From Candidatus Eiseniibacteriota bacterium (GTDB taxonomy: Bacteria; Eisenbacteria; RBG-16-71-46; CAVPCR01), in the NCBI GenBank assembly GCA_963702435.1, contig CAVPCR010000001.1, positions 32,001 through 96,000 on the forward strand: a stretch of DNA of 64,000 bases. Reading direction: 5' to 3'. The notes under the pieces are model-generated. The model was not told the origin of the DNA. It did no database searches and worked only from the letters and a program-made list of their open reading frames with translations. Positions 38,740 to 50,499 of the stretch are shown piece by piece. Numbering within the stretch: the stretch's first letter is position 1; every line of letters begins with the position of its first letter. The translations under genes were made by a program, and so were the position numbers.

Positions 38740-39333
38740 ATGGTGCGGACGCCGCTCCCCGGGGCCGATCTCGAGGACCGTAGCCCGTTCTGGAGCAGCC
38801 CCTCCCGCGCTCCCGGCGGCGCGTTCCCCAGCGCGATCCGGCCCCTGCTCCTCCTTCTCGCCACCGCCGCGCTCCTCTCGACCGTCGCGGGCTGCGAAGA
38901 GGACGTGACCCTCATCGACCCCGGGCCGTTCTTCGCCTACGAGCAGGACAATGCCTGGGCGTCCACGTGCACGGGGCCACGCTCTCCGCGCGGCGCCGCG
39001 CCGCGTGAAGCGACGCCGCCGCGCGCGGTGCCGCCGCCCGCCGCGGTGCCGCCGCCGAGCGGGCTCCTGATCGAGGCCTGCCCGAACCCCGCCCCGCCCG
39101 GGACCAGGGAGATCACGTTCCACTTCCGTCTCAACGTGCGCCGCCCGAGCGTCAACCTGGGCATCGTGAACGATCGCGGATTGGTCGTGGCGCGCCTGCT
39201 CGAGGACTACTCGGCGTCGGCCGATGCCGACGTCGAGGTCGAGTGGCTTCTCGATGGCGTCTCGCCCGGGGACTATCGGGCCTACTTCCTGGCCGACGAC
39301 ATCGAGAGCTCGGGAGACCTCCGTGTCGAGTAA
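38740..39333 (+). CDS. Hypothetical lipoprotein consisting mainly of a FlgD-Ig/CTD-like domain
   Basis: Lipobox VAG-C, then ACPNPA...FHFRL...IVNDRGLVVARL...VEW...SPGDY. The start is uncertain. Confidence 0.6.
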   Translation: MVRTPLPGADLEDRSPFWSSPSRAPGGAFPSAIRPLLLLLATAALLSTVAGCEEDVTLIDPGPFFAYEQDNAWASTCTGPRSPRGAAPREATPPRAVPPPAAVPPPSGLLIEACPNPAPPGTREITFHFRLNVRRPSVNLGIVNDRGLVVARLLEDYSASADADVEVEWLLDGVSPGDYRAYFLADDIESSGDLRVE

Positions 39334-39901
39334 CGGGCGGTCTGCACTCCGTGCGATCGGCATGCTCGCAGCGCTCCTGGCCGCCCTCGCGGTCCTCCCG
39401 GCGGGCGCCCGCGCCGACTTCCTGGTCGGCGGCGCCGCCACGCGCGGGTTCTTCGACTGGGAGCTGAACGGCGGCTACGAGTACGTGATTCCCGTGCGCA
39501 ACATGCCCCCAGATGTTCCGCTCGACTTCCCGGCCCGCATCGAGGGGCACTTCGCCTATCGCGACCAGGTGACCCACATCGGGCTGTCGGTGCTGGGACT
39601 CGTGCGCTTCACCATCCCGGGGTTCGAGAACCTGGGGTTCGGTCCGTACCTGGCGACCGGCCCCGGCGTGCACATCCTCGGCTCGTGGGCCAGCCTCGAC
39701 AACTTCGGCGACGCGCTCACCGATTCGGAGACGACCCTCAAGTGGCATGCGCTCGCCGGAGCCCGCCTCATACGCGGGAAGACCGTCGATCTCTACACCG
39801 AGGCCCGCTACACCCTGCCGAGCGAGTACGCCTTCGACATGATCACCTTCGGGTTGCGCTTTCACGGCGCCGCCCCCGACACCGCCCGCACCGGCCAGTG
39901 A
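39323..39901 (+). CDS. Small outer-membrane beta-barrel protein
   Basis: Signal peptide ending ARA, alternating strands, PYLATGPG, YTEARY and FGLRF near the C-terminus. Confidence 0.65.
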   Translation: MSSNGRSALRAIGMLAALLAALAVLPAGARADFLVGGAATRGFFDWELNGGYEYVIPVRNMPPDVPLDFPARIEGHFAYRDQVTHIGLSVLGLVRFTIPGFENLGFGPYLATGPGVHILGSWASLDNFGDALTDSETTLKWHALAGARLIRGKTVDLYTEARYTLPSEYAFDMITFGLRFHGAAPDTARTGQ

Positions 39902-39973
39902 CCGCCCGCGCCTGACCGCCCGCGCCCGCGCCTGACCGCCTCCACCGGGCGCTCCCTCCCGCCAACGCGAAGA

Positions 39974-40009
39974 GGCGGCCCCTCCCGCATGCACGCGGGA
40001 AGGACCGCC
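39974..40009. terminator. Hairpin between convergent genes
   Basis: GGCGGCCCCTCCCGC...GCGGGAAGGACCGCC. Confidence 0.45.
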
Positions 40010-40056
40010 CCAGGATGAACGGGCCGCTCGGGCCCGATCCAGTCCGGATGGTCCGA

Positions 40057-40356
40057 CTACATGTTGAAGATCGACGGAAGATCGCTCATGGCCATCTTCT
40101 TGACGGCCTTCTTGCGAACGGCCTTGCGCACGGCCTTCTTGCGAACGGCCTTGCGCACGGCCTTCTTGCGAACGGCCTTGCGCACGGCCTTCTTGCGGGC
40201 GACCTTGCGCACCGCCTTCTTGCGGGCGACCTTGCGCACCGCCTTCCTGCGGGCGACCTTGCGCACCGCCTTCTTGCGAACAACCTTGCGCACCGCCTTC
40301 TTCCGGGCGACCTTGCGCACCGCCTTCTTGCGCGTAGCCTTCTTGCGAGCCGCCAT
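40057..40356 (-). CDS. Histone H1-like (Hc2-type) basic repeat protein, 99 aa
   Basis: RBS AGGAGG, then MAARKKATR followed by eight KKAVRK(V/A)(A/V)R-type nonapeptides encoded by 27-bp repeats. Confidence 0.85.
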   Translation of the reverse strand: MAARKKATRKKAVRKVARKKAVRKVVRKKAVRKVARRKAVRKVARKKAVRKVARKKAVRKAVRKKAVRKAVRKKAVRKAVRKKAVKKMAMSDLPSIFNM

Positions 40357-40411
40357 TCCGATTACCTCCTGAGGAAGCGACTGTCTCTGACCCAAGGCCC
40401 GGACCCCGGCG

Positions 40412-40786
40412 CTAGCGCCCCGGACCGACCAGGGCCTCGACCTCGGCGATCATGGTGCCGAGATCGAATGGCTTGGTGATGTACCGCTGGACTCCCAGCC
40501 GGCGGGCTTCGGCCTTGGTCTCGGGGCTGTCGAAGGCGGTCATCAGGATGACCTGGGCCTGCATGCCCCCAGCTCTGAGCTTCTTCACCAGACCGAGTCC
40601 GCTGCCCTTCGGCAGGCGATTGTCGATGAGGATCAGATCGAACTCCGAATCGGCGGCGGCGATCAGTTTCTCCGCCGCCTCGGCGCTCGAAGCGATCCGG
40701 GTCTCGAAGCCCACCTCGGCAAGCGCGTTCGATAACGTGCGAGCAATGAGCCGCTCGTCATCGACGATCAGCACGCTTTTGGCCAA
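40412..40786 (-). CDS. Single-domain response regulator (receiver only)
   Basis: SVLIVDDE, LIDNRLP, VILMTAF and YITKPF. TTG start after GGAGG. Confidence 0.85.
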   Translation of the reverse strand: MAKSVLIVDDERLIARTLSNALAEVGFETRIASSAEAAEKLIAAADSEFDLILIDNRLPKGSGLGLVKKLRAGGMQAQVILMTAFDSPETKAEARRLGVQRYITKPFDLGTMIAEVEALVGPGR

Positions 40787-40828
40787 GGCCAGGACCTCCA
40801 TCGCGGGTCTCACCGCGCGGAACCGTCA

Positions 40829-40844
40829 TGCAACCGTCGTTCCA
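40829..40844 (-). promoter_or_regulatory. Sigma54 (-24/-12) promoter
   Basis: The minus strand reads TGGAACG-ACGG-TTGCA upstream of the receiver gene, next to an NtrC-type activator gene. Confidence 0.7.
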
Positions 40845-40973
40845 AACAGCCCCGAGAAGCGGCCCGTCCCGCTCCGATCGCGTATGTTGCATCACATCCT
40901 GCAATTGCCGCGATCGATTCGAGACCGAGATGCAGGTCCGACGAGTCCGGGCGAGGCCCGGCCACCAGCTCGG

Positions 40974-40992
40974 CTATCCAGCTTCTGGATAG
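40974..40992. promoter_or_regulatory. Perfect palindrome CTATCCAG-CTT-CTGGATAG, candidate enhancer (UAS)
   Basis: About 130 bp upstream of the sigma54 promoter; a related site CTATCCAG-TTAG-CTGACAGG lies at 41071-41090. Confidence 0.55.
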
Positions 40993-41130
40993 ACGCCGGC
41001 GGGCACGGCCGCGGCTCCGGTGCAAATGCTTGACCGGCAAGAGAATGAGGGATCAGGGACGACGCGTGCCCTATCCAGTTAGCTGACAGGGCCGGCGCTC
41101 CGCCGCATCGGACTCGGCCGGAGCTGGGGA

Positions 41131-42500
<1,370 letters not shown>

Positions 42501-42501
<1 letters not shown>

Positions 42502-43607
42502 CACGGCTCGGCCTCCGCCTTCGGCTCGGGGAGGGCCGCGAGGGCAGGCAGGCTCACGCGGAAGGTGGCGCCGCCGCCCCGGCGGTTCCGCGGCGTGATG
42601 TTGCCGCTGTGGGCGCGAGCGATCTGGAGCGAGATGGAGAGCCCGAGCCCGGTCCCCATCGACCGGGTCGTGAAGAAGGGCGCGAAGATCTCCTCTATGT
42701 GCTTTTCCGGGATGCCGCACCCCGTGTCCGAGACGAAGACGTTCACCCGCTGCTTCCCGGAGGGGCTCCGCCGGACCGTGGTCGTCACCTTGAGCTCGCC
42801 GCCCCCGGGCTGCATGGCCTCGATCGCGTTGGTGACCAGGTTGAAGAAGACCTGGCCCATGAGGTCGGGGTCGCCGTGGACGGGCGGGAGGTCCTCGCCC
42901 AGGATGCGCTTGACCGTGATCTGCGACTCCTCGCAGCGGCTGGCCAGGCTGTCGAGCACCTTGCCGAGGAGCGGATTCATCTCCATCGGCGCCGAACGCA
43001 CCGGTTGCGGCCGGGCGAAGAGGAGGAGATCGGTGATGATCTGATCGATGCGATCCAGCTCGCTGATGACGTCGTCCAGGTCCTCGCGGCGGGGATCCTT
43101 GGCCTCGAGCTTCGACTGGACGAACTGGACGGTCGTGCGAATGCCGGTGAGCGGGTTCCGGATCTCGTGGGCCACCGAGGCCGAGAGCTCGCCGAGCGAG
43201 ATCAGCCGGTCGCGGTCGGTATGGAGGACCTCGTCCTCGTCGGCCGCCTCGCTGAAGATGGCGGCCGAGCCCACCACCTCGCCGTCGGCGTCGCGGAGCG
43301 GAATGGTGCGCGAGCGGAGGATGACGCGGTTCCCGTCCTTCACCCGCCGGACCCGCTGGAACTCCTCCTTGGAGACCTGCTCCGGGTCGTAGACGAGCCA
43401 CCGCGAGTTGCGCGGAGTCTTGAGCACCTCGTCGAGCTGGAAGCCGAGCATCTCTTCCCGGCCCAGGTTCAGGATGCCCTCGGCCACCCGGTTCACGAAG
43501 ATGATGCGCTTCTCGGCGTCGATGGCCAGCACGGCGTGGTCGAGACTGTCGAGGATGGTGGCGTTGTGCCGCTCCACCGCTTCAATCGTCGCCGAGGCTT
43601 GGGGCAT
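42501..43607 (-). CDS. Cytoplasmic PAS-domain sensor histidine kinase (NtrB/AtoS-like)
   Basis: PAS domain, AHEIRNPL, NLVTNAIEAM, DTGCGIP and PFFTT..GTGLGL, with no TM segment. Confidence 0.9.
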
Positions 43608-43707
43608 GCCGGGGATTCACCTCGAGAGCCGGCCGCGGTCGTGGCGCTGGCGCGCACGCGGCTCGCGGAATCGCTTCCTTGCGAACGGTCACGACTCGTC
43701 CGCTCGC

Positions 43708-43737
43708 AACATAACGAGCGCGATTTCACCTTGTCAA
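43708..43737 (-). promoter_or_regulatory. Sigma70-type promoter for the kinase/regulator pair
   Basis: TTGACA-N18-TATGTT on the minus strand. Confidence 0.55.
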
Positions 43738-43771
43738 CGGGGAATGCGCGCGCCGACGTCCGGAACCCGAG

Positions 43772-45046
43772 TTACCCTCCGCTGCCGCGCGCCGCCGCCG
43801 CGCCGTTCTCCGCATCGGCGTCCTCGTCGCCGCGGGACAGCCGCACCCAGCGCACAGCGTACGCGTCGGCCTCCTCGACGCGGAAGCGCATCCCGCGGAA
43901 ACGCAGCGACTCGCCGGCGACCGGCACGCGCCCGAAGCGCTTCAGGAGGAAGCCACCGAGCGTGTCGTAGCGCTCCTTGGGCAGGCCGAGCCCGAGATCC
44001 TGGTTGAGATCGTCGACATCGGTGCGTGCGTCGATCAGGTAGACGCCGCGGGCCACCGGGCGGATCTTGGGGGCGCTCGCCTCGTGCTCGTCGGCCAGCT
44101 CGCCCATGATCTCCTCGATGATGTCCTCCAGGGTGACGATCCCGACCACCATCCCGAACTCGTTCACGATCGCAGCCATCGAGGTGCGCCGGGCCTGGAG
44201 GTCGCGGAGCAGCCGGTCGATCCGCTTCGAGTCCGGGAAGATCGGGATGTCGCGGCGATAGTCGGCCACGCGCGGCCGCGGCTCCCGGTCGTAGAGGGCG
44301 TCGAAGACGTTCGCGAACCCGGCGATGCGATCCGGGCGGCCCCGGTAGGTGGGGATGCGGGTGTGACCGTGGCCGCGTACGAGATCGAGCAGCGCCTCCC
44401 GGGGGGCCTGCTCGTCGATGGCGACCACGTCGGAGAGCGGAATCATGACCTCCCGCGCCACCGTCTCCGAGAAGTCGAACACCGACTCGAGCATCTTGCG
44501 CTCCCGGAAGCGGGAGCCGGCCTCCTGCGACGCCTCGCGCACCAGGAGCAGGAGCTCCTCGCGGCTCACGAAGAGGCTCTGCGGGCCGGGGAGGAACAGG
44601 CGGTAGCCGGCGCGGATCGTGCCCACGATCGGGGAGGCGACGGCGACGGCCAGCCGGAGGACGGGAGCCACGGCCGGCATCAACCGGTCCGCGAGCTGGC
44701 GGAAGATGGCCTTGGGCACGATCTCCGCGAAGATGACGTGCGCCGCGGTCATGCCGATCGTGGCGAGGAGCGTCCCCGCGTTGCCCATCCGCTGCTCGAG
44801 GATCGAGGTGGCCACCGCCGCGCCGGAGATCGTGAAGAAGTTGTTACCGAGGAGCGCCGTCGAGAGCACCGCCTCCTGGTGCACGAGGAGGTCCCTGAGG
44901 ACCAGGGCGGAGCGGCTCCCCCGTTCGACCAGGTGGCGGAGGCGGAGGCGGTTCACCGAGACGAGCCCCATCTCGGCGCCATTGAAGAAGGCGGCGCCGA
45001 CGATCGAGATCAGGACGTAGGCCCAGGCCAGGAACTCGGCGCTCAT
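43772..45046 (-). CDS. Hemolysin/CNNM family protein (DUF21-CBS-CorC)
   Basis: FFNGAEMG, AEIVPK, EVMIP, HTRIP, GIVTLEDIIEEIMGE and YDTLGG. Confidence 0.88.
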   Translation of the reverse strand: MSAEFLAWAYVLISIVGAAFFNGAEMGLVSVNRLRLRHLVERGSRSALVLRDLLVHQEAVLSTALLGNNFFTISGAAVATSILEQRMGNAGTLLATIGMTAAHVIFAEIVPKAIFRQLADRLMPAVAPVLRLAVAVASPIVGTIRAGYRLFLPGPQSLFVSREELLLLVREASQEAGSRFRERKMLESVFDFSETVAREVMIPLSDVVAIDEQAPREALLDLVRGHGHTRIPTYRGRPDRIAGFANVFDALYDREPRPRVADYRRDIPIFPDSKRIDRLLRDLQARRTSMAAIVNEFGMVVGIVTLEDIIEEIMGELADEHEASAPKIRPVARGVYLIDARTDVDDLNQDLGLGLPKERYDTLGGFLLKRFGRVPVAGESLRFRGMRFRVEEADAYAVRWVRLSRGDEDADAENGAAAARGSGG

Positions 45047-46347
45047 GCCGGGTCCCCGCGCCGGCCGGCCGATCCGTTCTTTACAGCGCCGGCCGCTTCC
45101 GGGGTCGCGGGCGCGCGCGTGATCTCGCAGCGATGGACGCGATGCCGGCGCACCTCGAGCACGACGAAGGTGACGCCGGCGGCGGCCACCCGGTCTCCCG
45201 GACGGGGGATGTCCCCGAGGAGATCGGCGAGGAGGCCGTTCAGGGTGACCGCATCGGTATCGAAGGCAACGCCGACGCGCCCGGCCAGCTCGTCCACCGT
45301 CACCTGCCCGGTGACGAGGAAGCGATCCGGACCGACCTTGACGATGGGAGCCGACTCCGACTCGTACTCGTCGTAGATCTCGCCCACGATCTCCTCGACC
45401 AGGTCCTCCTTGGTGATGATCCCGGCGGTGTGGCCGTACTCGTCCACCACGACCACCATGCCGATCCGCCGCCGCTGGATCTCGTGGAAGATCTCGTTCA
45501 CGCGCTTGGTCTCCGGGACGAAGAGCACCGGCTTGAGCATCTCCTCGAGCGCCGCCTCCGGCCGGAGCAGGTACTCCTTGGCGGTCACGAAGCCGACGAT
45601 CTGATCGATCGAGCCGTCGGAGATCGGGATGCGCGTGTGCCGGGACGTGCGGATCACCTCGGCCAGCGCCTCGCGGCTGACATGCCGGTCGGCGCTCCGG
45701 ATATCCACCCGCGGTGTCATCACTTCGGCCGCGCGGGTCGAGGAGAACTCGAAGATGCGGCCTGCGATCTCGCGCTCGGCGCGGGAGAGCACCTGGTCCT
45801 CGCCGGCCTCGGCGAAGAGCGCCTTCAGCTCGGCCGGCGTGAGTCCCTTGACCCCGGTCATGAGATCGCGGATGCCCACGAGGCGCAGCGCGGCATGGGC
45901 GATCCGCGAGAGGACGAGGACAGCGGGTCGGAGGAGGAGGGTCGTCACGCGGAGCGGGTAGGCCACCAGCGGCGCCAGGACGAACGCCTTCCTGATGGCG
46001 AGGGTCTTCGGCGTGATCTCCCCGCCGAGGATGATGGCGGCCGAGGCGACGGCGGTCGCGTAGAGGGCGGCCCGCTGCGGCGCGAATCCGAGCCAGTCGA
46101 GGAACATATCGGTGATGACGGCGGAGAAGGCGACGTTGACGAGCGTGTTGGCGACGAGGATGGCGGCGAGCAGGTCGGCCGGGTGCTCGAGGAGGCGGAC
46201 GACGAGGCGGTCGCGGCGCCGGCGCGAGCCCTGGAAGCGGCGGAGCTGGATCCGGTTCAGGCTGAAGAGCGCCGTCTCGGAGGCGGACATCAACGCCGAG
46301 AGCGCGAGGAGCCCGGCGAGAAGCACGAGCGTCGTCCGGAGACCCAT
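45043..46347 (-). CDS. Hemolysin/CNNM family protein (DUF21-CBS-CorC), second paralogue
   Basis: SASETALFSL, GEITPK, EVMTPR and VVDEYGHTAGIITKEDLVEEIVGEI. Confidence 0.9.
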   Translation of the reverse strand: MGLRTTLVLLAGLLALSALMSASETALFSLNRIQLRRFQGSRRRRDRLVVRLLEHPADLLAAILVANTLVNVAFSAVITDMFLDWLGFAPQRAALYATAVASAAIILGGEITPKTLAIRKAFVLAPLVAYPLRVTTLLLRPAVLVLSRIAHAALRLVGIRDLMTGVKGLTPAELKALFAEAGEDQVLSRAEREIAGRIFEFSSTRAAEVMTPRVDIRSADRHVSREALAEVIRTSRHTRIPISDGSIDQIVGFVTAKEYLLRPEAALEEMLKPVLFVPETKRVNEIFHEIQRRRIGMVVVVDEYGHTAGIITKEDLVEEIVGEIYDEYESESAPIVKVGPDRFLVTGQVTVDELAGRVGVAFDTDAVTLNGLLADLLGDIPRPGDRVAAAGVTFVVLEVRRHRVHRCEITRAPATPEAAGAVKNGSAGRRGDPA

Positions 46348-46653
46348 GGTGCCGGTGGTGGCGCCTCCTCTCGCCCCGCACCCGCCGCGCCATGGACCGG
46401 TGCAGGCCGGCGCGGGGGAGCTCGCGCAGTCTAGGAAGTCCGCCCGCTCGGCGTCAAGCCGCGGGCGCCCCGGCCACGGCGGGCAGGGGCCGGGGAGAGC
46501 CGCCGGCCGCGCTGGCCACCCCTTGAAACAGCGCCTGGCGTGTGGTTCAATCGGTGGTCCGTTTGCCGTGCTGGTCCGGCGTCGCCTCCAGTCCGCCGGG
46601 CGCCGCCGCTTGCGTGCCCGGCCCGGCCGGCACCCTTCAGGAAACAGGAACTC

Positions 46654-48447
46654 ATGCTGCAAGCTCTCCGCAACAACACGAAGACGATCCTCTGGATCGT
46701 CGTCATCGCCTTCATCGGTTTCATCATCCTGGTCTGGGGCGCCGACCTGCGCTTCGGCAGCCAGCAGCCGAACTCGATCGGGTCCGTGAACGGCACCGCG
46801 ATCCCCTACCAGACCTACCAGCGCCGGCTGTCGGCCAACATCCAGAACCTCCGCGCGCGGGACCGCGAGCCCAGCTTCGAGGAGGAGCGGCGGATCGGCG
46901 ACCAGACCTGGCAGCAGATCGTGGACGAGATGCTCGTCTACCAGGAGGCCGAGAAGAGCAAGATCCCCGTCTCCGACGAGGAGGTGGTGTTCTGGGTGCG
47001 CTCGAACCCGCCCGATGAGCTCCGCCAGGACCCGGCCTTCGTCGACTCGCTGACCGGTCAGATCAACATGGCCGCCTATCAGCAGGCGCTCCGCACCGCC
47101 CCCGAGCAGTTCCGCTGGTACGAGCAGGCGACCCGCATCCAGCTCCCGATGACCAAGCTCGAGCGCACCATCCTCACGGCCGCCAAGGTGTCGGATGGGG
47201 ACGTGGATGCCTTCGTGCGCGAGCGGTACGAGAACATGCGGGCGAGCTACCTGTGGGTGAATCCCGCGACCTTCACGGTCGCCACGACCACCGTGAACGA
47301 GGAGGAAGCCCGCGCCTACTACGCGGCCCATCCTGACGAGTTCAAGACCGGCGAGCGCGCCCGCCTGGTCGTGGCGCGGCTCCCGAAGAAGCCGAGCGCC
47401 GAGGACGAGGCCGCGGTGCTCGAGGAGGTGCGCGGGTTCGCGGGCACGATCGCGGCCGGCGACGCCACCCTCGCCATGCTCGCCGAGAGCTTCTCAGAGG
47501 ACGCGTTCGCCGCGCAGGGCGGCGATCGCGGGCGCTACATGAACAAGATGGAGGTCGAACCCGATCTCGCAGCGACCGTCTTCTCACTCCCCGTGGGCCA
47601 GGTCTCGGAGCCGATCCGCATCGGCGATCGCGTGCTTCTCGTGCAGGTGACGGCCGACTCGGTCGTGGCCGGCGAGCCCGTTCGCCGGTTCGCGACGATC
47701 GAGCGGCGGATCATGCCGGGCGGCGAGACGCTCGGCGCCATCCGCACGCGCGCCCGCGAGCTCGCGGATCTCGCCCGGAAGGACGGACTCGCCGCGGCGG
47801 CCCGGACCGCCGAGATCAAGGCCGACACGACGGCGCTCTTCGAGCCGAACTCGTTCAGCCCGCTCCTCGCCGGAGCGCCGGAGGCCCTGGGCCGCGCCTT
47901 CGACAGCACCGTGGGCACGGTGGGGGCCCCGATCGAGACCGAGAACGACATCCTGCTCCACCAGCTCATCGAGAAGCTGCCCGCGGGAACGCTGCCCTTC
48001 GATGAGGTCAAGGCCCGCGCCGAGCGCGGCGTGCTGAGCGAGCGACAGCGGGCAGAGGCGCGGAAGAAGGCCGACCGCATGAACGCGACGTTCAAGGCCA
48101 AGGGCTCGCTCGAGGCGACGGCGCAGGCGGAGACGCTCAGCGTGCGCGACTCGAAGAAGTTCTCGCGCAAGGGTTTCATCTCCGACGTGGGCTCCGATCC
48201 GGAGCTCGTCGGGGCCGCCTTCGCGCTTCCGCCAGGCAGGACCTCCGGTCTCCTCGAGACCGAGAAGGGCTTCTTCATCGTCCGCGCCGACTCGCTCTTC
48301 CCCTCGCCGCCCCAGGATCTCGAGCGCCAGCGGCAAACGGCGCGACAGATCCTCGAGCGGGAGCGGCAGAACGGGGTCCTGCAGGCGTGGCTCACCGATC
48401 TGCGCAACCGGGCGAAGATCGAGGATCAGCGGAGCAAGTTCTTCTAG
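46654..48447 (+). CDS. PpiD/SurA-like membrane-anchored peptidyl-prolyl isomerase/chaperone
   Basis: MLQALR..K.ILW TM anchor, SurA N-terminal domain, FSED...QGGDRG and VSEPI. Confidence 0.85.
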   Translation: MLQALRNNTKTILWIVVIAFIGFIILVWGADLRFGSQQPNSIGSVNGTAIPYQTYQRRLSANIQNLRARDREPSFEEERRIGDQTWQQIVDEMLVYQEAEKSKIPVSDEEVVFWVRSNPPDELRQDPAFVDSLTGQINMAAYQQALRTAPEQFRWYEQATRIQLPMTKLERTILTAAKVSDGDVDAFVRERYENMRASYLWVNPATFTVATTTVNEEEARAYYAAHPDEFKTGERARLVVARLPKKPSAEDEAAVLEEVRGFAGTIAAGDATLAMLAESFSEDAFAAQGGDRGRYMNKMEVEPDLAATVFSLPVGQVSEPIRIGDRVLLVQVTADSVVAGEPVRRFATIERRIMPGGETLGAIRTRARELADLARKDGLAAAARTAEIKADTTALFEPNSFSPLLAGAPEALGRAFDSTVGTVGAPIETENDILLHQLIEKLPAGTLPFDEVKARAERGVLSERQRAEARKKADRMNATFKAKGSLEATAQAETLSVRDSKKFSRKGFISDVGSDPELVGAAFALPPGRTSGLLETEKGFFIVRADSLFPSPPQDLERQRQTARQILERERQNGVLQAWLTDLRNRAKIEDQRSKFF

Positions 48448-48528
48448 GCCGCACCCGGGCGCGGCAAGCGGCCCGCGCGGATGCGGCGAGGACCGCCGGA
48501 TGAGCGGATCTCCGGCGGGGCAGCGGGC

Positions 48529-48738
48529 CTAGCCGGACGGGCGGCCGCCCTTGTCCTTGTCGTCGTCCTTCACATCCAGCGACGCATTCACGTCGGCGCT
48601 GATCTCCTTCGTCGCCTTCTTGAACTCGCGGATTCCCTGACCCATCGAGCGGGCGATCTCCGGGATCCGCCTGGCGCCGAAGAGGAGGAGGACGATGACG
48701 AGGATGATGATGAGTTCTTGCGTACCGATACTGCCCAT
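48529..48738 (-). CDS. tatA: Twin-arginine translocase subunit TatA/E
   Basis: ELIIILVIVLLLFGARRIPEIARSMGQGIREFKKA. Confidence 0.93.
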   Translation of the reverse strand: MGSIGTQELIIILVIVLLLFGARRIPEIARSMGQGIREFKKATKEISADVNASLDVKDDDKDKGGRPSG

Positions 48739-48981
48739 GATGTCCCGTGCGCTCCGGGCCCACGACGGGGGCCAAACCGTTCGACCCCGCCGGAAGCGAG
48801 ACTAGCACAGCGCACCGGCGGGCGGGCAGGGCGGGCCCGACCCGGCACCCCCCGGGGCGGCAGGAGCGCTGCGACCCCCCGGCCCGGGCGGTTCCTCCTC
48901 GCTCCTCCTCGCTCCTCCTCGCTCCTCCCCCAACCCCCTCGATTCCCGGCAGCCGCCACGACCTGCCGGCGCCGGTGCCGG

Positions 48982-49248
48982 CTAGTACCAGCGCAGGAGC
49001 TGGGCCAGGACGATGACGCCGAGGACGCTGACCACGTTCACATCGAGCGATAGGCCGAGAGTGATCGTGAAGACGATGAAGTTGAGCGTGTGGGGGCCGA
49101 AGGCATAGTCGAGCCCCTCGACGAAGAAGCTTCGCACCGCACCCGGCGGCATGATCACCCCGAGCATCTTGCCCACGGCCGAGCCGATCAGGAGCCCGAG
49201 AAAGAGAATGAGGACCAGAAGTCCGAAGCGGATCTTCCGGGTTGCCAT
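48982..49248 (-). CDS. DUF4321-like small membrane protein
   Basis: 88 aa, with GLLIGSAVG and LNFIVFTITLGLSLDVNVVSVLG pattern. Confidence 0.7.
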   Translation of the reverse strand: MATRKIRFGLLVLILFLGLLIGSAVGKMLGVIMPPGAVRSFFVEGLDYAFGPHTLNFIVFTITLGLSLDVNVVSVLGVIVLAQLLRWY

Positions 49249-49281
49249 GCGCGCTTTCTCTCCTTCCCCCGGTTCTGGCGA

Positions 49282-49935
49282 TCAGGGCATGCCGCCGGCG
49301 AGGGCCTTCTTCCACCGGCCGCCGTCGTAGCCGACGACCACGGTGACCGCGTAGGGCCGACCGGCCTGCCGCTGCTTGACGATCGGCGGGCCGCCGAGCG
49401 CCTGCGCCACGGCGCGGGCCGCGATCCCGTCGCCGATGCGATCCACGACCACGGTCCGTTCGAAGTCGAAGGCGTCGGCATTGCCGATCTCGATCACGTC
49501 GAAGCCGCCGGACCGGCGCAGCACCGACGCGAGCTTGATCCCGGCGCCGCTCACGCCGCAACCGTTCTGCACCTGCACCCGGATGCCGGCGGGAATCGCG
49601 CTACCGCTTCCGGCGGCGGCTCCGCCCGCGGTCCCGGCTCCCCCCGCGGTCCCGGCTCCCCCCGGCCTCGCCGTGTCTCCCGCGCGACCCCGGGCCTCGG
49701 CGGACCGCGAGGACGGATCGGCGGCGCGATCGCCCGGCGCATCTCCCCCGCCGATGCGGGCCTCCGCGTGGGGCGCCGCCGCGCGCCGCCCGCTCTCCGG
49801 GTGCAGGAACACGACCCGCACGAGCATGGACAGGGCGAGCGCGGCCACAAGCAGTCCGAGCGCGATGATCGAGACGTCGAGCGCGACCTCGCCGGGCGAA
49901 CGCTGCCCCCGGGCGGTGCGCGAGCGGCGGCTCAT
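49282..49935 (-). CDS. LytR C-terminal domain membrane protein
   Basis: TM helix, then VQVQNGCGVSGAG, IGNADAF and VTVVVGYD. Confidence 0.8.
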   Translation of the reverse strand: MSRRSRTARGQRSPGEVALDVSIIALGLLVAALALSMLVRVVFLHPESGRRAAAPHAEARIGGGDAPGDRAADPSSRSAEARGRAGDTARPGGAGTAGGAGTAGGAAAGSGSAIPAGIRVQVQNGCGVSGAGIKLASVLRRSGGFDVIEIGNADAFDFERTVVVDRIGDGIAARAVAQALGGPPIVKQRQAGRPYAVTVVVGYDGGRWKKALAGGMP

Positions 49936-50456
49936 CGCGAGATCTCCGGGCTCGCGCCCGCCGCGGCCAGGGCTCGGCGAATCCGCTCGAACGTGCGCTC
50001 GAGGGTCTCGGGCAGCACCTTCGTGTCGCCGACCGTCCCCATGAAGTTGGTATCTCCGGTCCACCGCGGCACGAGGTGCGCGTGCAGGTGACCGACCACA
50101 CCCGCACCTGCCGCCGCCCCCAGGTTGACGCCCATGTTGAAACCATGCGGCCGGTACTCGCGTCGCAAGGCGTCCTCGGCCCGCCCGAGCAGGTGGATGA
50201 GATCCAACCGCTCATCGGCCGACAGCGCGGCGATCGAGTCGAGGTGCCGGTACGGCGCCACCATGAGATGCCCGGTGTTGTAGGGAAACGCGTTCAGCAT
50301 CATGAAGCAGGCGTGGCCGCGCTCGAGCACGAATTCCTTCTGGTCAGCGCCCGCGCCGGAGCCCGCCCGTCCCTTCGCGCAGAACAGGCACTCCTCACCG
50401 CCGTCGCGCGCAGATTCGATGTAGCTCATGCGCCAGCCGGCCCACAGACGCTGCAC
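49932..50456 (-). CDS. HIT family protein (Ap4A phosphorylase-like)
   Basis: LWAGWRMSYI, CLFC, LNAFPYNTGH and HLHAHLVPRW..DTNF. GTG start after AAGGAG. Confidence 0.88.
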   Translation of the reverse strand: MQRLWAGWRMSYIESARDGGEECLFCAKGRAGSGAGADQKEFVLERGHACFMMLNAFPYNTGHLMVAPYRHLDSIAALSADERLDLIHLLGRAEDALRREYRPHGFNMGVNLGAAAGAGVVGHLHAHLVPRWTGDTNFMGTVGDTKVLPETLERTFERIRRALAAAGASPEISR

Positions 50457-50499
50457 GCAGACTCCTTCATGGCGCCGCGCGGACTTCCCTGGTCCTCGC

